64,000 bases of DNA, taken from NCBI RefSeq assembly GCF_964204645.1, contig NC_134034.1, positions 4,171,814 to 4,235,813 of the forward strand. The letters run 5' to 3'. The notes beneath the pieces are model-generated. The model searched no databases and was not told where the DNA came from. It saw only the letters and a program-made list of their open reading frames with translations. Numbering within the stretch: position 1 is the first letter of the stretch; every line of letters starts with the position of its first letter. Position numbers and translations under genes: made by a program. Positions 23,209 to 38,474 of the stretch are shown here, piece by piece. Origin of the DNA: Tubulanus polymorphus. Lineage: Eukaryota > Animalia > Nemertea.

Positions 23209-24444
23209 TTACGAGTATAAATAAGGCCGTTCTGATATCAATATGAAACCCTACGTCGTGTCCTTTATTTATACGTGCCGCAGCAATAACTACAAACGAC
23301 AAACATAGCATGAACTATATATTACATGTACATCTTCTCAATGTCACTAAAGCAATTTGATTTGTCAAACATTTGAATTATAGAGACCGCGATACTGTAT
23401 CAAAGATTAAATACTACGTATATGCATTGCATGGAAGGAATGCCACGTAGTACCGACTTAGCTTACGTGGGTTAAAAACCTCGAAAAGCCTTTCGAACCG
23501 AGGAAACGAGATTATCCTTTAATAGGTTTATTTGGTTGTAAGGATTTCCTTGATTATGTATCTTTGGTCTGCAGTAAATTCAAGGCACATTCTCGGCGGT
23601 AGAGTATAGGAAATTATACTGCCCATGAGTAATTTTCTCTTCTGCCGTAAGTCGTCAAAGCGTCTTAACCAGTAGGGTACAAGCTCAGTCACATCTGGAC
23701 CAAGCTGATGACCACCACGCCAACTGGCGTCCAATTATGTCATTGTCATACAGCTTTGAGGAAGTGCCCGGATGGGACACGAAACTTCAGCAGAGGACTT
23801 TAATAATTCATTAAAACGAGATAATTTCGAGTTAGTTACATGGAGCAAAAAAAAGTTAGTTATTTTTATCAAAGAAGTTTATTCTGATTTTACTGGAAGA
23901 AACCTTGGAATTTCTCTACAAATGCCCCCGGGACGTTTCGTTCTCTCGCATATTATATGAGAGGGGGGCTACGATGTCGTGTACTGTGATAACAAATCAA
24001 TCGAAAATATTCGGAATATCACTCGACTAATGACCACGCTTATTAACAGGGCGTGAAACGCGGCGTCGTCAGCTGTCGACGTACATTGACTAGCATTCAG
24101 ATCGGAACCAGAATAGCGCCATGGTTGAAAATGAGCACACAATGTCGTACGCGGAATGAATCACTGCAATTCAACATCACTCAAAATATTACCGCGCACC
24201 GATAATCCAAGGAGTGTTGATTATTAGCGATCACGTGGTGGTCTATTCGACGCGCATCGCGCGAATAACGAAATCGAGTAGTTCGGGAGCTTATGTATAG
24301 ATATCACAGGAGGCTTTTCTTTTCACGTCCTCCCTTCATAGAGTCTCTAGGCCTTAACCGACACTGCTCGGCTTTGAAATGACTTTCAAAGATGATTGAA
24401 TCAGCCACTTTCAGAGAATATCGCGATTGAAATATGGAAGACAT

Positions 24445-24598
24445 ACGTCGGGAAGACACAAGATATCCGTGTAAGATGCATATATACGACGGAAGTCCCA
24501 CAATAAATCAGCCAAAGATATTCATAGCCTTTGAATAGAAGTGTATATATATGTATGAGCAACGTTTCGGCTAAAGACTATTAGCCCTCATTAGGCGC
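24445..24598 (-). mobile_element. Short hammerhead-bearing Penelope-type repeat (core mutated to CUAAUGA)
   Basis: Minus strand CTAATGA-G-GGCTAA/TTAGCC-GAAACGTT; downstream sequence homologous to 49510-49658. Confidence 0.65.
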
Positions 24599-25612
24599 GC
24601 TAACGTAACGTTGCTTCATAAGTGTTTAAATTGTGATCGATCGTTTTAGAAATAGGGCGTGCACTTATGTGTCAATATCAGACAGACATTGCAAAAATAG
24701 CCGTTGCTTATAAAACGATATATTACAGACATTTTGCACCATCAACCCCGATCGGAATTTTTCTCATGACGAGCGTAGCATTCTCTATGGTATCTATTTA
24801 ATCACTCGGTATACATTCTTCATATTGATCAGATGCTATGGCTCTAATTGTCGTTGGCAGGGACTTGTGCTTTTTGACTACGTTTTTAGAGGTCCTTTAT
24901 CCTTAGCTAAACGCTATCCTAGCTCGACTTGCGACCCGATCATCTCGCCAAAAACGGTCTGCAAATTTTTCATCGGGAACCTTTTCGACACGATGCGCTT
25001 GCGACCGCGACGAATTGATCGCGGACCCGTCGAAAGCCGAATCGCAAGGATGGAACAAGTTCTATTTCTACGACCAGATCAAATCGTCGTAGCCTATCAG
25101 CGACCGGTAATGCGTCACATGACCTTCGGACTCCCCGATTAATCGAGTTGAAGACCTAAGTGCTCTGGACGACGTCGCGACAAACGAATCGGCAATCGGC
25201 GGTCACGTGTTTACTACCGCTGGCCTTACGACGAGATGATCGGGCTGTAAGTCGACCTGAGCTTAGCTTGATTTGATTTGTTTTGATTTGAACACTTTAT
25301 TTATATACACTTTATTTATGTATTTATTTATATTTTTTTTATATACAGCTTAGCTTCTTTGAAATTCATGAAACAAACTGGTGTATCTAAACATTCTACA
25401 GCGGACTCCCATTTCGCGTTCCCATTCCACCATCTTTCTACCTAATTTCATTAAAAATGTTGATCTCTTTTTTCGGGTGCTTGGATCCCTACGGGACACA
25501 GCCTCCATTGGCTTTCCAAGCATCCAGCCGCGTATGTATGCAAATTGTTTGTAATCTATATATCATTTGTACTGCATACGTACATGGCGAAAGAAATATT
25601 ATTATTATATAT

Positions 25613-26008
25613 AAGCCTTATACTGCACGATCACCTAATTTACAACCGATACAAGTTCAATGAGACCAACAATAGGATTTATACCAATAAGTTATATCTC
25701 CATTCCCAGTCTACGCGAGGCAATTTATTTTTTTTTGTTGCCGGTTGCTGCGACCGATTTTTAAGCAACCGTTGAGCAATCGATCGCTCGGTGTCGCTCG
25801 TCTGCTACCACTGGAAACAGACGAACGATGACGAGCAAATTTGCTCGTCGCCCAATATCAAACATGTTTGATATTGGGCGACGAGGAGTAAATCCTTTCG
25901 ACGACGACTAATTTCGTAGCCGCAGACGAGCGGTTTTTTCGTTCGACGCCGAGCAACTCTCGAGAATTGCTCGAAATCATCGTCCGTGTGCGATAGGCGA
26001 TAGGCTTT
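25613..26008. mobile_element. Palindromic MITE-like element with perfect 42-bp central palindrome (25844-25885)
   Basis: CTCGTCGCCCAATATCAAACA|TGTTTGATATTGGGCGACGAG; outer boundaries approximate. Confidence 0.5.
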
Positions 26009-26022
26009 AAAAGTGCGTTTAC

Positions 26023-26102
26023 ACATGACAGTTCATGTGAGTATGTGACTGACATGAATATTACCTAAAACGTCAGTCACATACTCACATGAACTGTCAT
26101 GT
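26023..26102. repeat. Perfect 31-bp inverted repeat with 18-nt spacer
   Basis: ACATGACAGTTCATGTGAGTATGTGACTGAC (26023-26053) and its reverse complement (26072-26102). Confidence 0.95.
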
Positions 26103-26192
26103 ATAAATTTATATAATAATTAAATGACCCAGTGACCAAGTTTCAGCTTTTTACCCCAAATTCCTAATAACAATATATCTCAGTCTCCTAAC

Positions 26193-26342
26193 ACTCGAGT
26201 TAAGGGGAAGCGATATTTTAAGATCTGGTGGGAAGGATTTCCTCGTTCGGATAGCACATTTGAACCCGAAGAGAATATTTTAAACCCTGAACTTATAAAA
26301 CAATACTACGAAAAAAGGAAGACCGCTGCGTCAAAAGATTAA
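26193..26342 (+). pseudogene. Chromodomain at the C-terminus of pol/integrase
   Basis: TRVKGKRYFKIWWEGFPRSDSTFEPEENILNPELIKQYY...*. Confidence 0.8.
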
Positions 26343-26374
26343 CTTTTCCTTGTTTTCTTTTATATAGTTAAGAG

Positions 26375-28629
<2,255 letters not shown>

Positions 28630-28670
28630 TGACTTAGCCTTTATTAACGACGCACGTTATGAGGGTAGGG

Positions 28671-29530
28671 TGTTACTTAGAATAGATTTTATCATTATTA
28701 TATAATTCATATAAACAGGGAATTGCTCTATATCGCTCGGTGTGTATTCGTGGGGGAGTTTTTGGGTTGCTAGGTCAACTGTGGAGGCTAATACTAAGCC
28801 TGGCGAGACGCATCACAAGGCATGCGTGTGTGAACGAAACTCCGCAGTAGGCTGTGGAAGATGGTGACGTTTAGATCAGGAAATACGAGTGTACATTGTG
28901 TTGTTTCGAGATGTGTAGGTACAGTAGCTGCGGTGGGATCTTCGCAGATAGCCAGAAATCGAAGTTTTAGTGTACTTATGATAATTGAAAAACCGAAAAT
29001 TCGAGATCGTTATTGCGAGTGATAGTGCGAAGAATTAAGCCGAAAATTCGAGATCGTTATTGCGAGTGATAGTATACGAAACGCAAATATTTAACGATCG
29101 GTAGTGCGAAGAAAATCCGTCGATCATTATTACGAGTACTAGCGAGAAGAAAAAAAGCCAAAATTTCGACGATCGGTAGTGCAAAGAAAAAGCAAAAATT
29201 CGACGATCATCATTGCGAGTGCGAAAAAGCTGAAAATTCGATGCTACTTGTTGCGGTCGATCCCTAAATATACAACAAAAAAAATTAAAAAAAATGTTAC
29301 GTTATACTTGGATTATTAATGAAATATGAGGAAATGTGTTCAAACTTGGTGATCAGCTGTAGTCAAAACAGACCACAGTATATAAGGGGGACATATCGAA
29401 TGTAGAGTAGAACCGGGACTGACTGCCGACCCTAGGGGACGCAAATGCAGAAGTTATAAATAAAAATCTACAAACATCATCGCTACACATACTAGTTGTT
29501 AAGAGTTCTTCGATAGTAAGGACCTGTCAC
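28671..29530 (+). repeat. Probable 3' LTR with internal ~47-bp tandem repeats (28990-29250); right boundary uncertain
   Basis: Starts TGTTAC right after PPT; TATATAAG at 29379 and AATAAA at 29459; no 5' LTR in window to compare. Confidence 0.45.
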
Positions 29531-29565
29531 TTTGATATCCAATCTATGAAATCGGGCCAGCGAAG

Positions 29566-29972
29566 AGGCGCTTTTACGAAACTGAATCTTTGTAAATCGA
29601 TTTAAGTTTCACATTTACGGTACGCAGTTTAGTGAATCGGATTTGGTAAATCAACTCGTTTATGGACGCGGTTTAGTATACTGATTTATTAAATCGACTA
29701 ACTTGCTCGGCGAGCAAGTTAGTGGCGATTTAGTCAGTGAAATCCAACATGGCGTCCTCTTCGACCGCGGGCTTAAGACATCTATCGCAGACCATCATCT
29801 ATCAATAATTCGGTCACCATTGACGCCCATTTTCTTTTGAATCGCGACCTTTAAATTGATAAATTGATTCAACTCATTTACGAAAAACGATTCGATTTAC
29901 TAAACCTTTTGTTTTCCGACATCGAATCGGATTTAGCTAAACCGAATCAGATTCAATTTAGTAAAAGCGCCT
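29566..29972. mobile_element. MITE with 24-bp TIR (2 mismatches)
   Basis: AGGCGCTTTTACGAAACTGAATCT ... AGATTCAATTTAGTAAAAGCGCCT; internal palindrome ACTAACTTGCTCGGCGAGCAAGTTAGT. Confidence 0.8.
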
Positions 29973-31460
29973 AAGGTTGTATCCTATTAAGGATTAAACC
30001 TCGCTTGCCAGGGTTTGATTGCTGCCCACTAAAGCTCAATATGATACAAACCCTGGCCGCAAACCGTTCATTGGCCAATAAATCGAGGGCGATGTATTAG
30101 ACTGTGGCCAGGGTTTGTGTTGGCGTAGGCTTCCGCTTCTAGTCTACAGAACTGGGTCACGTTACAGTTTACCGTAGATACACCTAAAACGACAGTGTTC
30201 AGGTATTGATTTAATGTAAGTAAACTAGGTTATCGTTGATTGATCGTTCATGGTTACCTTAACACACCGCTCTGGGTGAGACAGGCGATGTCTAATCCGG
30301 TTGCCAATCTTGCGTGAAACTAACCACAATCCGGTTACCGGTATAATATGCTTGTACGCACAGCCAAACATTGGATTCGGAATCGTCTGACTCGTCTCGA
30401 TCGATAATGAGCCGTTGATTAGTGTCGTTATTTTGTATGCATGAAATCGTCTGCTTTTCAGCTTATGAGTGTGACCGAGATTGACTAAAGAATGGGAGCC
30501 AATCTCGCATAAACCAGTTATCACAACAGATGGCATCGCAGAATAACAGCTTCCTTATCACAGGCTGTTCACAAGGACTATTTGGCCTCGCTCGTATCAT
30601 TTCAAAACTGGTCGAAACTGCCACCGTGTGCATGCTCCCATTCGATTGTAGAAACATCGGTTTGTTTATTCACTGCATCGATCGGTTCTTACCATGTGAT
30701 ATCTTCGAGCGTCTTATCGTATATCGATCTGTTTTCTTTAATATGTTTTCTGGGCCACTTTTCAGCCTACTTTATCCTCGCTTGCCAGGGTTTAATTGCC
30801 TCTTGTCGAAGCTCGTACCGATACACTCCCTGGCCACAGATTCTTGTTAGTCCATTACCCCTCAAGATTTCTTGCGGTCAGGTTTTCGCTGAGCGGCCAC
30901 CGGTCTATAAATCTAGCCAATCAGATGCGTCGTTTTGATAAGCGAATCTACTCCACGTGATTTAAATATAAATACACGATCATCGCCCGATCTGATAAAT
31001 TGATTTTGATTTAAACCATTATCTAAGAATATCGTCTCGTGCATAAATTCAAGACGGCTTCAAGAAAGAAACGAACATATCACTTCTTCCTAATGAAAAC
31101 TGGCCAGCTCTTGTGAATATATATTTGCAACTTTAATCGATTTTAAATTTCAACGTTATGACCAGAAAAGTAAAAGTTAAATAATCACTGTTTTGGTAGA
31201 AACTGTTAAAAATTAAATGATGGGATTCGAACCTTCCCGATTTATTCATGTCGCGCAGCAGATCGAAGGTCGCAGTTGATATCCGGTTTCTACAAACCGC
31301 GCCGGTCGAACGGTGCTTATTAAAATCGTCAAATTATACCCAAATAAAGTGGACGAGTAAGTTTATTGTTTATATATTATTCTTTATGTGAACTCTGACA
31401 TCATCAGACACATGTTTGTTATCTATGGCGGGCGATAACCACCAAAATATAGCATTATTT

Positions 31461-31635
31461 TGAAAGATAGTGAAAAGATGATGACAAGATAGTGAAAAGA
31501 TGATGAAAAGATAGTGAAAAGATGATGAAAAGATAGTGAAAAGATGATGAAAAGATAGTGAAATAATGATAAAAAGATGAAACGATTGAAAGGTGAAACA
31601 ATGAAAAGGTTAAACGATGATAAGGTGAAACGATG
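31461..31635. repeat. 11-bp minisatellite (GAAAAGATAGT/GAAAAGATGAT), decaying
   Basis: Alternating tandem units. Confidence 0.85.
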
Positions 31636-33234
31636 AACAAGTATCATACGTTTGTCTATACACGAAATCAACTTTATGAAAGTCCGAATTTGGTTGCGGC
31701 AATGATGGCCAGATGGCGTCACTTATCGATCACTGACTCCTTAAACCATGAAAATGGTTTGAGTGAAATAAACATTCTTATTCGCGTTCGTATTGACTGC
31801 AGGTCTGTTATGTAAACCGTTACAAACCACCTATATTGTAAAGTTTGTATGTTGTACGTGTTATTTTAGACTTCGAATAGTTTCCACAATGAATTGACTT
31901 TTTTTCCATCATTACTTGGTTCGGCCGGCTGGTTCTCCAAACGCTTTAGAAATTCACAAATCCTATTTTATAGATAACCAAGTTTCTCCCTCATCATAGC
32001 AGGGCTCATAGCGGTCCTTGAAAGTCATATAAAGGGTCGGTTCAAGGCCTGGAATGTCATGGATTTGCCTCTAGAATCCTTGAATCGTGGGCTTGGTATG
32101 TCACAATTGACATCTGCCATACCCTGCCATTTCATTTTGGAGCTTTTTGCCAGAGGTAATCTATTGTAGACGCTTGCGTTGTATTGGATCTGGTTATTGT
32201 AAAATTTGGTCCACTACGCACACTAATCTGGTAAGAATGAATACGGAGTCAGTGGGGGATGAGGGTTGTTTTATGCGGTCATCTTAGTTCAGTCGAGGAC
32301 ATGTCGTGGGATGGAGATTGATGTACAGTATTTATTGACAATTAGTACAATTCGAATCGGCTCATGGAATTGATGGGTTCAAAAGGTCTTTGATAGTCAT
32401 GGCATGAGACTGGTCACAGATAGTACGAATCCTGCATAGTAGCTATACTACCATTATAACTTCAAAGATATACTTTCCGCGACGGGTTTCATTCCCCGTT
32501 TATATAAAGAGCCGAACGGCCAGCAGATCCACAAATCTATCATTGTTAAAATGTTCTCAATTTGATTATAATGATCTGGATGCTGTTTCGTCGCCCTCTA
32601 TCACGTATCGATAGTGTGCGGAAAACAAACGATAGGAGATGCCATCTATACAAGCATAGCAGCGACACAGGCTTAACCAATCCGGCCGATCGCGTCTACT
32701 TTAAAACGGTTTATTGATAGTGAGAATATCCTATCCCTAATAACGAATGGGCAAAATGATCTTCAACCTTGTAATATACGTAGCTACTTCAAAAACTTCG
32801 ATGTATTAAATTAGGCAGCTAGGAAAATTGACCCCAATCAGTCGCTTGCTGGTTCAGACTGGTTGGAATATTGCTTGTTAGGACGAACTGGAACCGAATT
32901 TCCCAATTATGTATTTCGATTTAAACAAAACATTCTGTAAACTCGGCCGCCGATCACACAACTATATTCTGTAATTCGATTTCTTCAAAATCAAATCCCC
33001 TGTTTCCCTTCCCGCGAAGGAATATGTGGTTTGATAATATTGTCGAGGTATTTAGCCAAATTATACTCTGCTGTGTTTAACATCGAAACTACAGGTCTGA
33101 AAGGAAGACCTGGTTTATGAGCTTTACAGTTTGCCTGGTTGGCTGCCAGATGGATAAATCGAATCATAAACCTTTTTACTCATCGAGTCTTTTACATTTA
33201 CATCCATGAAATATTATCATCAATATTATCAATA

Positions 33235-34640
33235 TTATAGCAGACCATATCTATGGATCGACTACTAAACCAGATTTTGATAAGGCTACCTTTAAACAAC
33301 TTATGAAAATAGCAACAAGTGGAATCTTTATGTATCGCGAAAGATTTTTTCGACAGGTAGATCGAGTAACAATGGACAGCCCTCTAGGGCCCACTATGGC
33401 TAATTTCTGTTTGGCTTATTTTGAATCTAAGCTGCTAGATGATTGTTCAGGGAAACGTTTCGCGCCATCGTTATACCTACGTTATGTTGATGATATTTTC
33501 TGTGTATTCAGACGTGATTCAATACATGCATCTTTCCTGGAGAAACTAAATGCACTACACCCAAATCTTAAATTTACTTCAGAAATAGGACCGTCTACAC
33601 TTCCATTTCTAGATACGTATATTTCGCTCCCAACAACGGATGATGGTACCTTCACTTCTCATGTATTTAGAAAATCAACTTACACTAGCTTGATTCTAAG
33701 TTTTCAGCTATGTGTCCTCAAAAATGGAAATTTGGTTTAATCCAATGTCTACTCCATAGAGCATATACCATAAGCAGTAGTTGGCTTGTTTTCTCACATG
33801 AAATTGATTTCCTAAAAAACGTTTTGCACAAAAATGGCTACCCACAAGATTTGTTTAATTCGTGTCTTAGAAGATTTTTGAATAACAAATGTAGTGATGA
33901 TACTCCCGCTAGTATGGTCAGGGAAGATAAGGTCGAAACACTTTTTTTTCGTTCCTTACATTGGCCTCCCATCGATTATATTTAGCAGAAAACTCAAGAG
34001 TCTATTCAAACCATATTACAACGTGGATATTCGTATTGTCTTTACTTCTTTCAAAATTAGGAACTACTTTTCACTCAAGTCCCATACTCCTTCACCCTTG
34101 TTGGCCAATGTTATTTATAAATTTAAATGTTTGCGTGATGCAAATAAAACATACATTGGTAAAACAATGCGACATTTGGCCACACGGGTAAAGGAGCATG
34201 GAACTTCACCTTCAGCAATTAAGGAACATTTAACATCATGTATAAATTGTGCATCAAATTTTTCTTTAATAAACGACTTTTCAATCGTTGATTCTGGAAA
34301 AAATGACTTTGAAATCACCATCAAAGAGGCATTATATATAAAATCCAAAAAACTAAGTATTAATAAACAACTTTCCACACATGGTGTCTCATTTTTACTG
34401 AACGTATTTTGATATGTTTATAATCCATTTGTACTTTGTAAACTAGGCCACTTCACGCCTGCATGATATTCTCTGTAATTAGTAACAGTATACTATACAT
34501 AGTTTGTATCTTTTCATGTCATTTCTTGAAAAGGACTCGAAGAGATGAGTCGAAATCGATCGAAACGTTTGAAAATGTAAATAAACTCATTATCATCATG
34601 AAGATTGTGATAGTTGCGTTCTTATTATTATTTATTATCT
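33235..34640 (+). mobile_element. 5'-truncated Penelope-like retroelement (RT plus GIY-YIG endonuclease, frameshifted) with 3' pseudo-LTR
   Basis: MDSPLGPTMAN, YLRYVDDIF, LPFLD, VFRKST RT motifs; VIYKFKC...YIGKTMRHLATRVKEH and IKEALYI GIY-YIG motifs in three overlapping frames (33303-34412). Confidence 0.9.
34525..34560 (+). ncRNA. Variant hammerhead-like motif in the Penelope 3' repeat
   Basis: CTTGAAAAG-GACTC/GAGTC helix-GAAA; core deviates from CUGANGA. Confidence 0.4.
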
Positions 34641-35734
34641 GGACACGCTTCCGAAATAACAAAATCAGTTTTATTTCGAATATCAGAAAAGTCTTAATTT
34701 CCATAGAAAGAACTAGTTTCATTATGGATTTTAGAACCATTTGTTATTTGTTGATAGTTTTTATATTCGAGAGATTAAAAACGTTCATTCTTCAAAAACC
34801 ATTGGAATGATAAATGTAAAATACCACTGTCGGACCGTTCGCTGAAAAGCGTTTCACATTCGCTACGCGCTCTGCGACGCTGTTCGATGCATTTTCTGGA
34901 AAAAATGTTTTTTACGATATGTCAGCAGCGAATTACTCCAGTTTTAAACTGATTAGAAGTCTCTCTCCCTCTGTCCCAGTCGCTCTCGGCCATCAGCAAA
35001 TATGAATCATCGTTTTTAAAACAGAACAATGTGGGTTAGTCGATGCTCGTTCGTTTTTCAAAATTAGCAATTTGTTTAGATTTGTCCTGTCTGTTGGGCT
35101 GCAGGCGATTTAACAGATTGCGTTCGTGTTGGCATTTTCATTTAATTCTACTGTAGACAAATCACCGTCGACTTTGATCAAAAACATCCGCCATCTCAGC
35201 CAGTAATACTCAATTCAAACCGTTGCCATTTCCCATTACATTTTCATTTAATCGAACGATCTATCAAATTGCTAAAACTCTACGGCCACACGACCTTGAA
35301 AGTTGCACCGATTATGTAGATTCGCAAAAATTTGATTTACATTTCAACTCGGTGTTTTTTTAAGGAAATGACCATAGTTTAAATGCTACTGAGGCAGTGG
35401 GATATGGGCAACGCTCATGTGCCGAGCGAGGATTCAGTATTAATCCGCCAGGATCGCTAGTGGCACGGAGTTACCACGCTTCAAATTCCTTCTACATTTC
35501 GATTAAATTCGATTAAATTTTTCTCATTAGTAAATCAATTTTCTGTCCTACCACAATATGAGTGAGAAAGTGGATCTTATATATATCCGATATTTTTTGG
35601 ATTTTGCTGCCTAAAAGCACTGTTCAAATTTCATCGAAAATGGACTGATGTTTGCTACGAATTATCCAGAGTTTTGTTGCGCCATCTGGTTTTCAATTTA
35701 CTTCAGCTAAACGAACCGACGAAGCTTGTGGCAC

Positions 35735-35892
35735 GCTTGTGTGGAATTCAAAACTTTTGGTTTTCTCGCTCGAGAAAACAAAACATTTTGGTTTGAAAAA
35801 TTTTTCTGACTGGCTACAAGCTGGATAAAAACTTTTTACATTGGCCAATTTTTTGAATTCTCGCGCGAGAAAACCAAAACATTTTGGTTTTA
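35735..35892 (-). mobile_element. Internal fragment of the MITE family seen at 60410-60794
   Basis: Shared CTCGCGCGAGAAAACCAAAA sub-repeats and TTTGAAAAATTTTTCTGACTGGCTA segment. Confidence 0.7.
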
Positions 35893-37520
35893 ACAGCATT
35901 ATCGTTGCACGTTTGGATTTCGCAGTTTTCTGATCAGACGAAACCATTTTTGGAACCCCTGAACAACTGAACGATTATAACAGAATTTAGATAAATAATG
36001 AATGTTAAAGGGACTACATAAACATAGATGGCGGATGTGAAAGGGAGCTAAAACGATAGTTAGCGTAACTACGGGCGGATGCGGCTCGTCATCACCAGGA
36101 AAGTAGCTGGATTTCCAAAGGTTCTAAATAGAAAGAAGATAAAGTAGAATTACCATCGACGGACCATGCACGGTAGCTACCTGATTTGTGTGCCAAAGAC
36201 TAGAGAATGAGGTAACGCCTACAAGGTCGACCAATCTGCTTCTGATTTATGATTCACGAGTGTGTGGACTATACTACCTCAACAATTTGTGAATTAATTT
36301 TTCATGATTAAGATCCATCACATAATCATTTATGGGATTTCATTTCCTGATATGAAAATTCATCGTCGTAGGCCGAATGGAATTGTCAGACGTTGGTTTG
36401 AAATATCGAAATGATACAAATTCAGAAAGTTGTAATAGCAAAGAAAACAGAAAAACGAAGCCTGTATCCTGTCCATGTAAATAAAGTTCATTCGTCAATG
36501 TTTGGACTTTTTTTTACCATTTACGCTGTAATGTTATTTGTCATTTCAATCCAACCAGAACTCAAACTATACAGTTAAGTAAGTGCTTACCCCCATCCGC
36601 TGTTTAAATCCTAAAAGATACCTATCTTCCCTAAGACTCACCAGCAACAAAGAAATGGGAAGAAAATGATAGGATACCGGGCTTTCTGCGTTGCTGGTTT
36701 ATATGGTCGTAGCTGGGATTCGAACCTGATGGCTTCGCTACACTCAGTCACGTCACGAAACCCTGCCAAACTAGACCGGGTGCGCAGGTACAAGCGCAGG
36801 TTTTACCGCACAACAAGTAGCGGCACCAATCAGATTGCCCGTTGTTTAAAATCGCTCAGGCAAATTTCACGGCAAAACTACATATAGAAAAATCCGGGCT
36901 AAAATAAAAACGATGATGACATCATCTAAGCCACGCATTAGAGCTAGTGAGGCAGGAGAAGCAGAATTTTCCTTCTGTTTGTTTGACTTTTTTCCTGGAC
37001 AATTCTCATCCCGGGAAATTACATTTCCGCATAAGGATTTGCGGCGTTATGCCGTGAATTGAAATCACCCGAGGCGTGAACGGGTTTTTATATCGTCGAC
37101 GATAGAAAACAAAAAATAAAACGGCGGCGATAGGTTTAGAGTTTCGATGATTTACGAGGATTGAGAATAGACTCGTATCGACACAGCGGGAAACTCGGCA
37201 CGTAATGAATATTACATGAAATCGCTGCTTCGAGTTGTTGTTCAAGAGTTGGAAAACGAACGCCAACTTTTGTTGATTCGGCGTGATTCGGGAAACCGTA
37301 ACATAGGGAAAGCGTGTGCGTGTGTGCGTGTGTGCACGTGCATGCGTGTGCGTGCATGTGCGTGTGTGGGATGGGGATTACAATAGCGGCTCCCCGCAAT
37401 CGGACTTAATTCCACTCATTTATTTTTTTCGAAGATTATCAAATTATAATAATAATAATAGTTGTAATATATATAATTATATTTTAAAACCTGAGTATTA
37501 CACTTCACAACATAACAACG

Positions 37521-37679
37521 CCATGCCTTCAGTGAACTGATGTAAATCTCGTGAATCTCGGTGTAGAGTTAACGAATAAAACCCACAGTTACTTCTGTAA
37601 AAACAGTTTATTGTCATAAAGTTTCGAGGTTCGAACTAAACCTCATCTTCAGAGGTACAAAAAATACAATAATCTTTTT
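37521..37679 (-). mobile_element. Short hammerhead-bearing retro-insert flanked by 9-bp direct repeat ATAACAACG
   Basis: Minus strand CTGAAGA-T-GAGGTT/AACCTC-GAAAC at 37619-37652; repeats at 37512-37520 and 37680-37688. Confidence 0.65.
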
Positions 37680-38134
37680 ATAACAACGTTATTTCTCAAT
37701 TTGTTTATTATTCATACATTTGTCGTCGCTGTGTGGGAGTCGCTAAGTGTGACCATCATATTTTCATCTATCAGTGCGACCATCATGTTTTCGGAATTCT
37801 CCAGAGGTGAAGGCCGCCGCGCCAGTATAGACTACCAGACGTTATTAGTACTGATATAGGAACTGTTTTACCAAATTAACCAAATCAAAAAACCAACCCA
37901 CCCACGTGTGGCGCTAGGTGCCTGAAACGGTTCGGCTTGTTCGATCGTTGCGCGCGTACACTTACCGGGGACTGGATTCATCCGGTGTTTTTGTAAGCCG
38001 TACGGGTGGATGTTTAACGTGTCGTGTACGCGGTGTTCGCGGAAGCGTCGGGTTAGGAAATTTAGGAAAGAAGGCGCGGCGACAGAGGGTGGACGGAAAG
38101 ACGGAGGCCAGGAGGTGGAGGGGATGTCTTAACG

Positions 38135-38474
38135 ATAAATGAAGAAATCCCACACTTTGAATTTGAAATTATACGATCAAATTCATTATTACGAAACCAC
38201 AACGTTTCGGTTGTTGACTAACAGCCATCATCAGGTGGAATTACCAGAAAAACAAGTAACAAAGCATATAAACTCACAGGATCTAAAATAGAAGCAGTGT
38301 GTCAAAACTTAAGATAAACAGACCAAGCAATAAAAACAACAAAGGGGTACCGTGGAAACCACAGCAATTCTAAACAGTTCAGAGTAAAAACAAATTATGT
38401 AACTATGTGATTGAAGTGGACCGAAGAGGGTGGCGATAACAGAGTGACATCAACCAAAATCTAATTTCGAGATC
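38135..38474 (-). mobile_element. Hammerhead-bearing retro-insert flanked by 12-bp TSD GATGTCTTAACG
   Basis: TSD at 38123-38134 and 38475-38486; hammerhead at 38197-38238. Confidence 0.75.
38197..38238 (-). ncRNA. Minimal type I hammerhead ribozyme motif
   Basis: CCAC-CTGATGA-T-GGCTGT..ACAACC-GAAA-CGTT-GTGG; helix I CCAC/GTGG. Confidence 0.7.

Noticed and set aside
22730-23311. 193-aa minus-strand ORF
   Set aside because: No recognisable motifs; runs across a MITE
30530-30850. LITGCSQG resembling an SDR nucleotide-binding motif
   Set aside because: Glycine pattern incomplete and no other SDR motifs; lies among repeats
31218-31240. tRNA T-loop-like GATTCGAACC (similar motifs near 36716 and 44095)
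   Set aside because: No cloverleaf; at most decayed SINE heads
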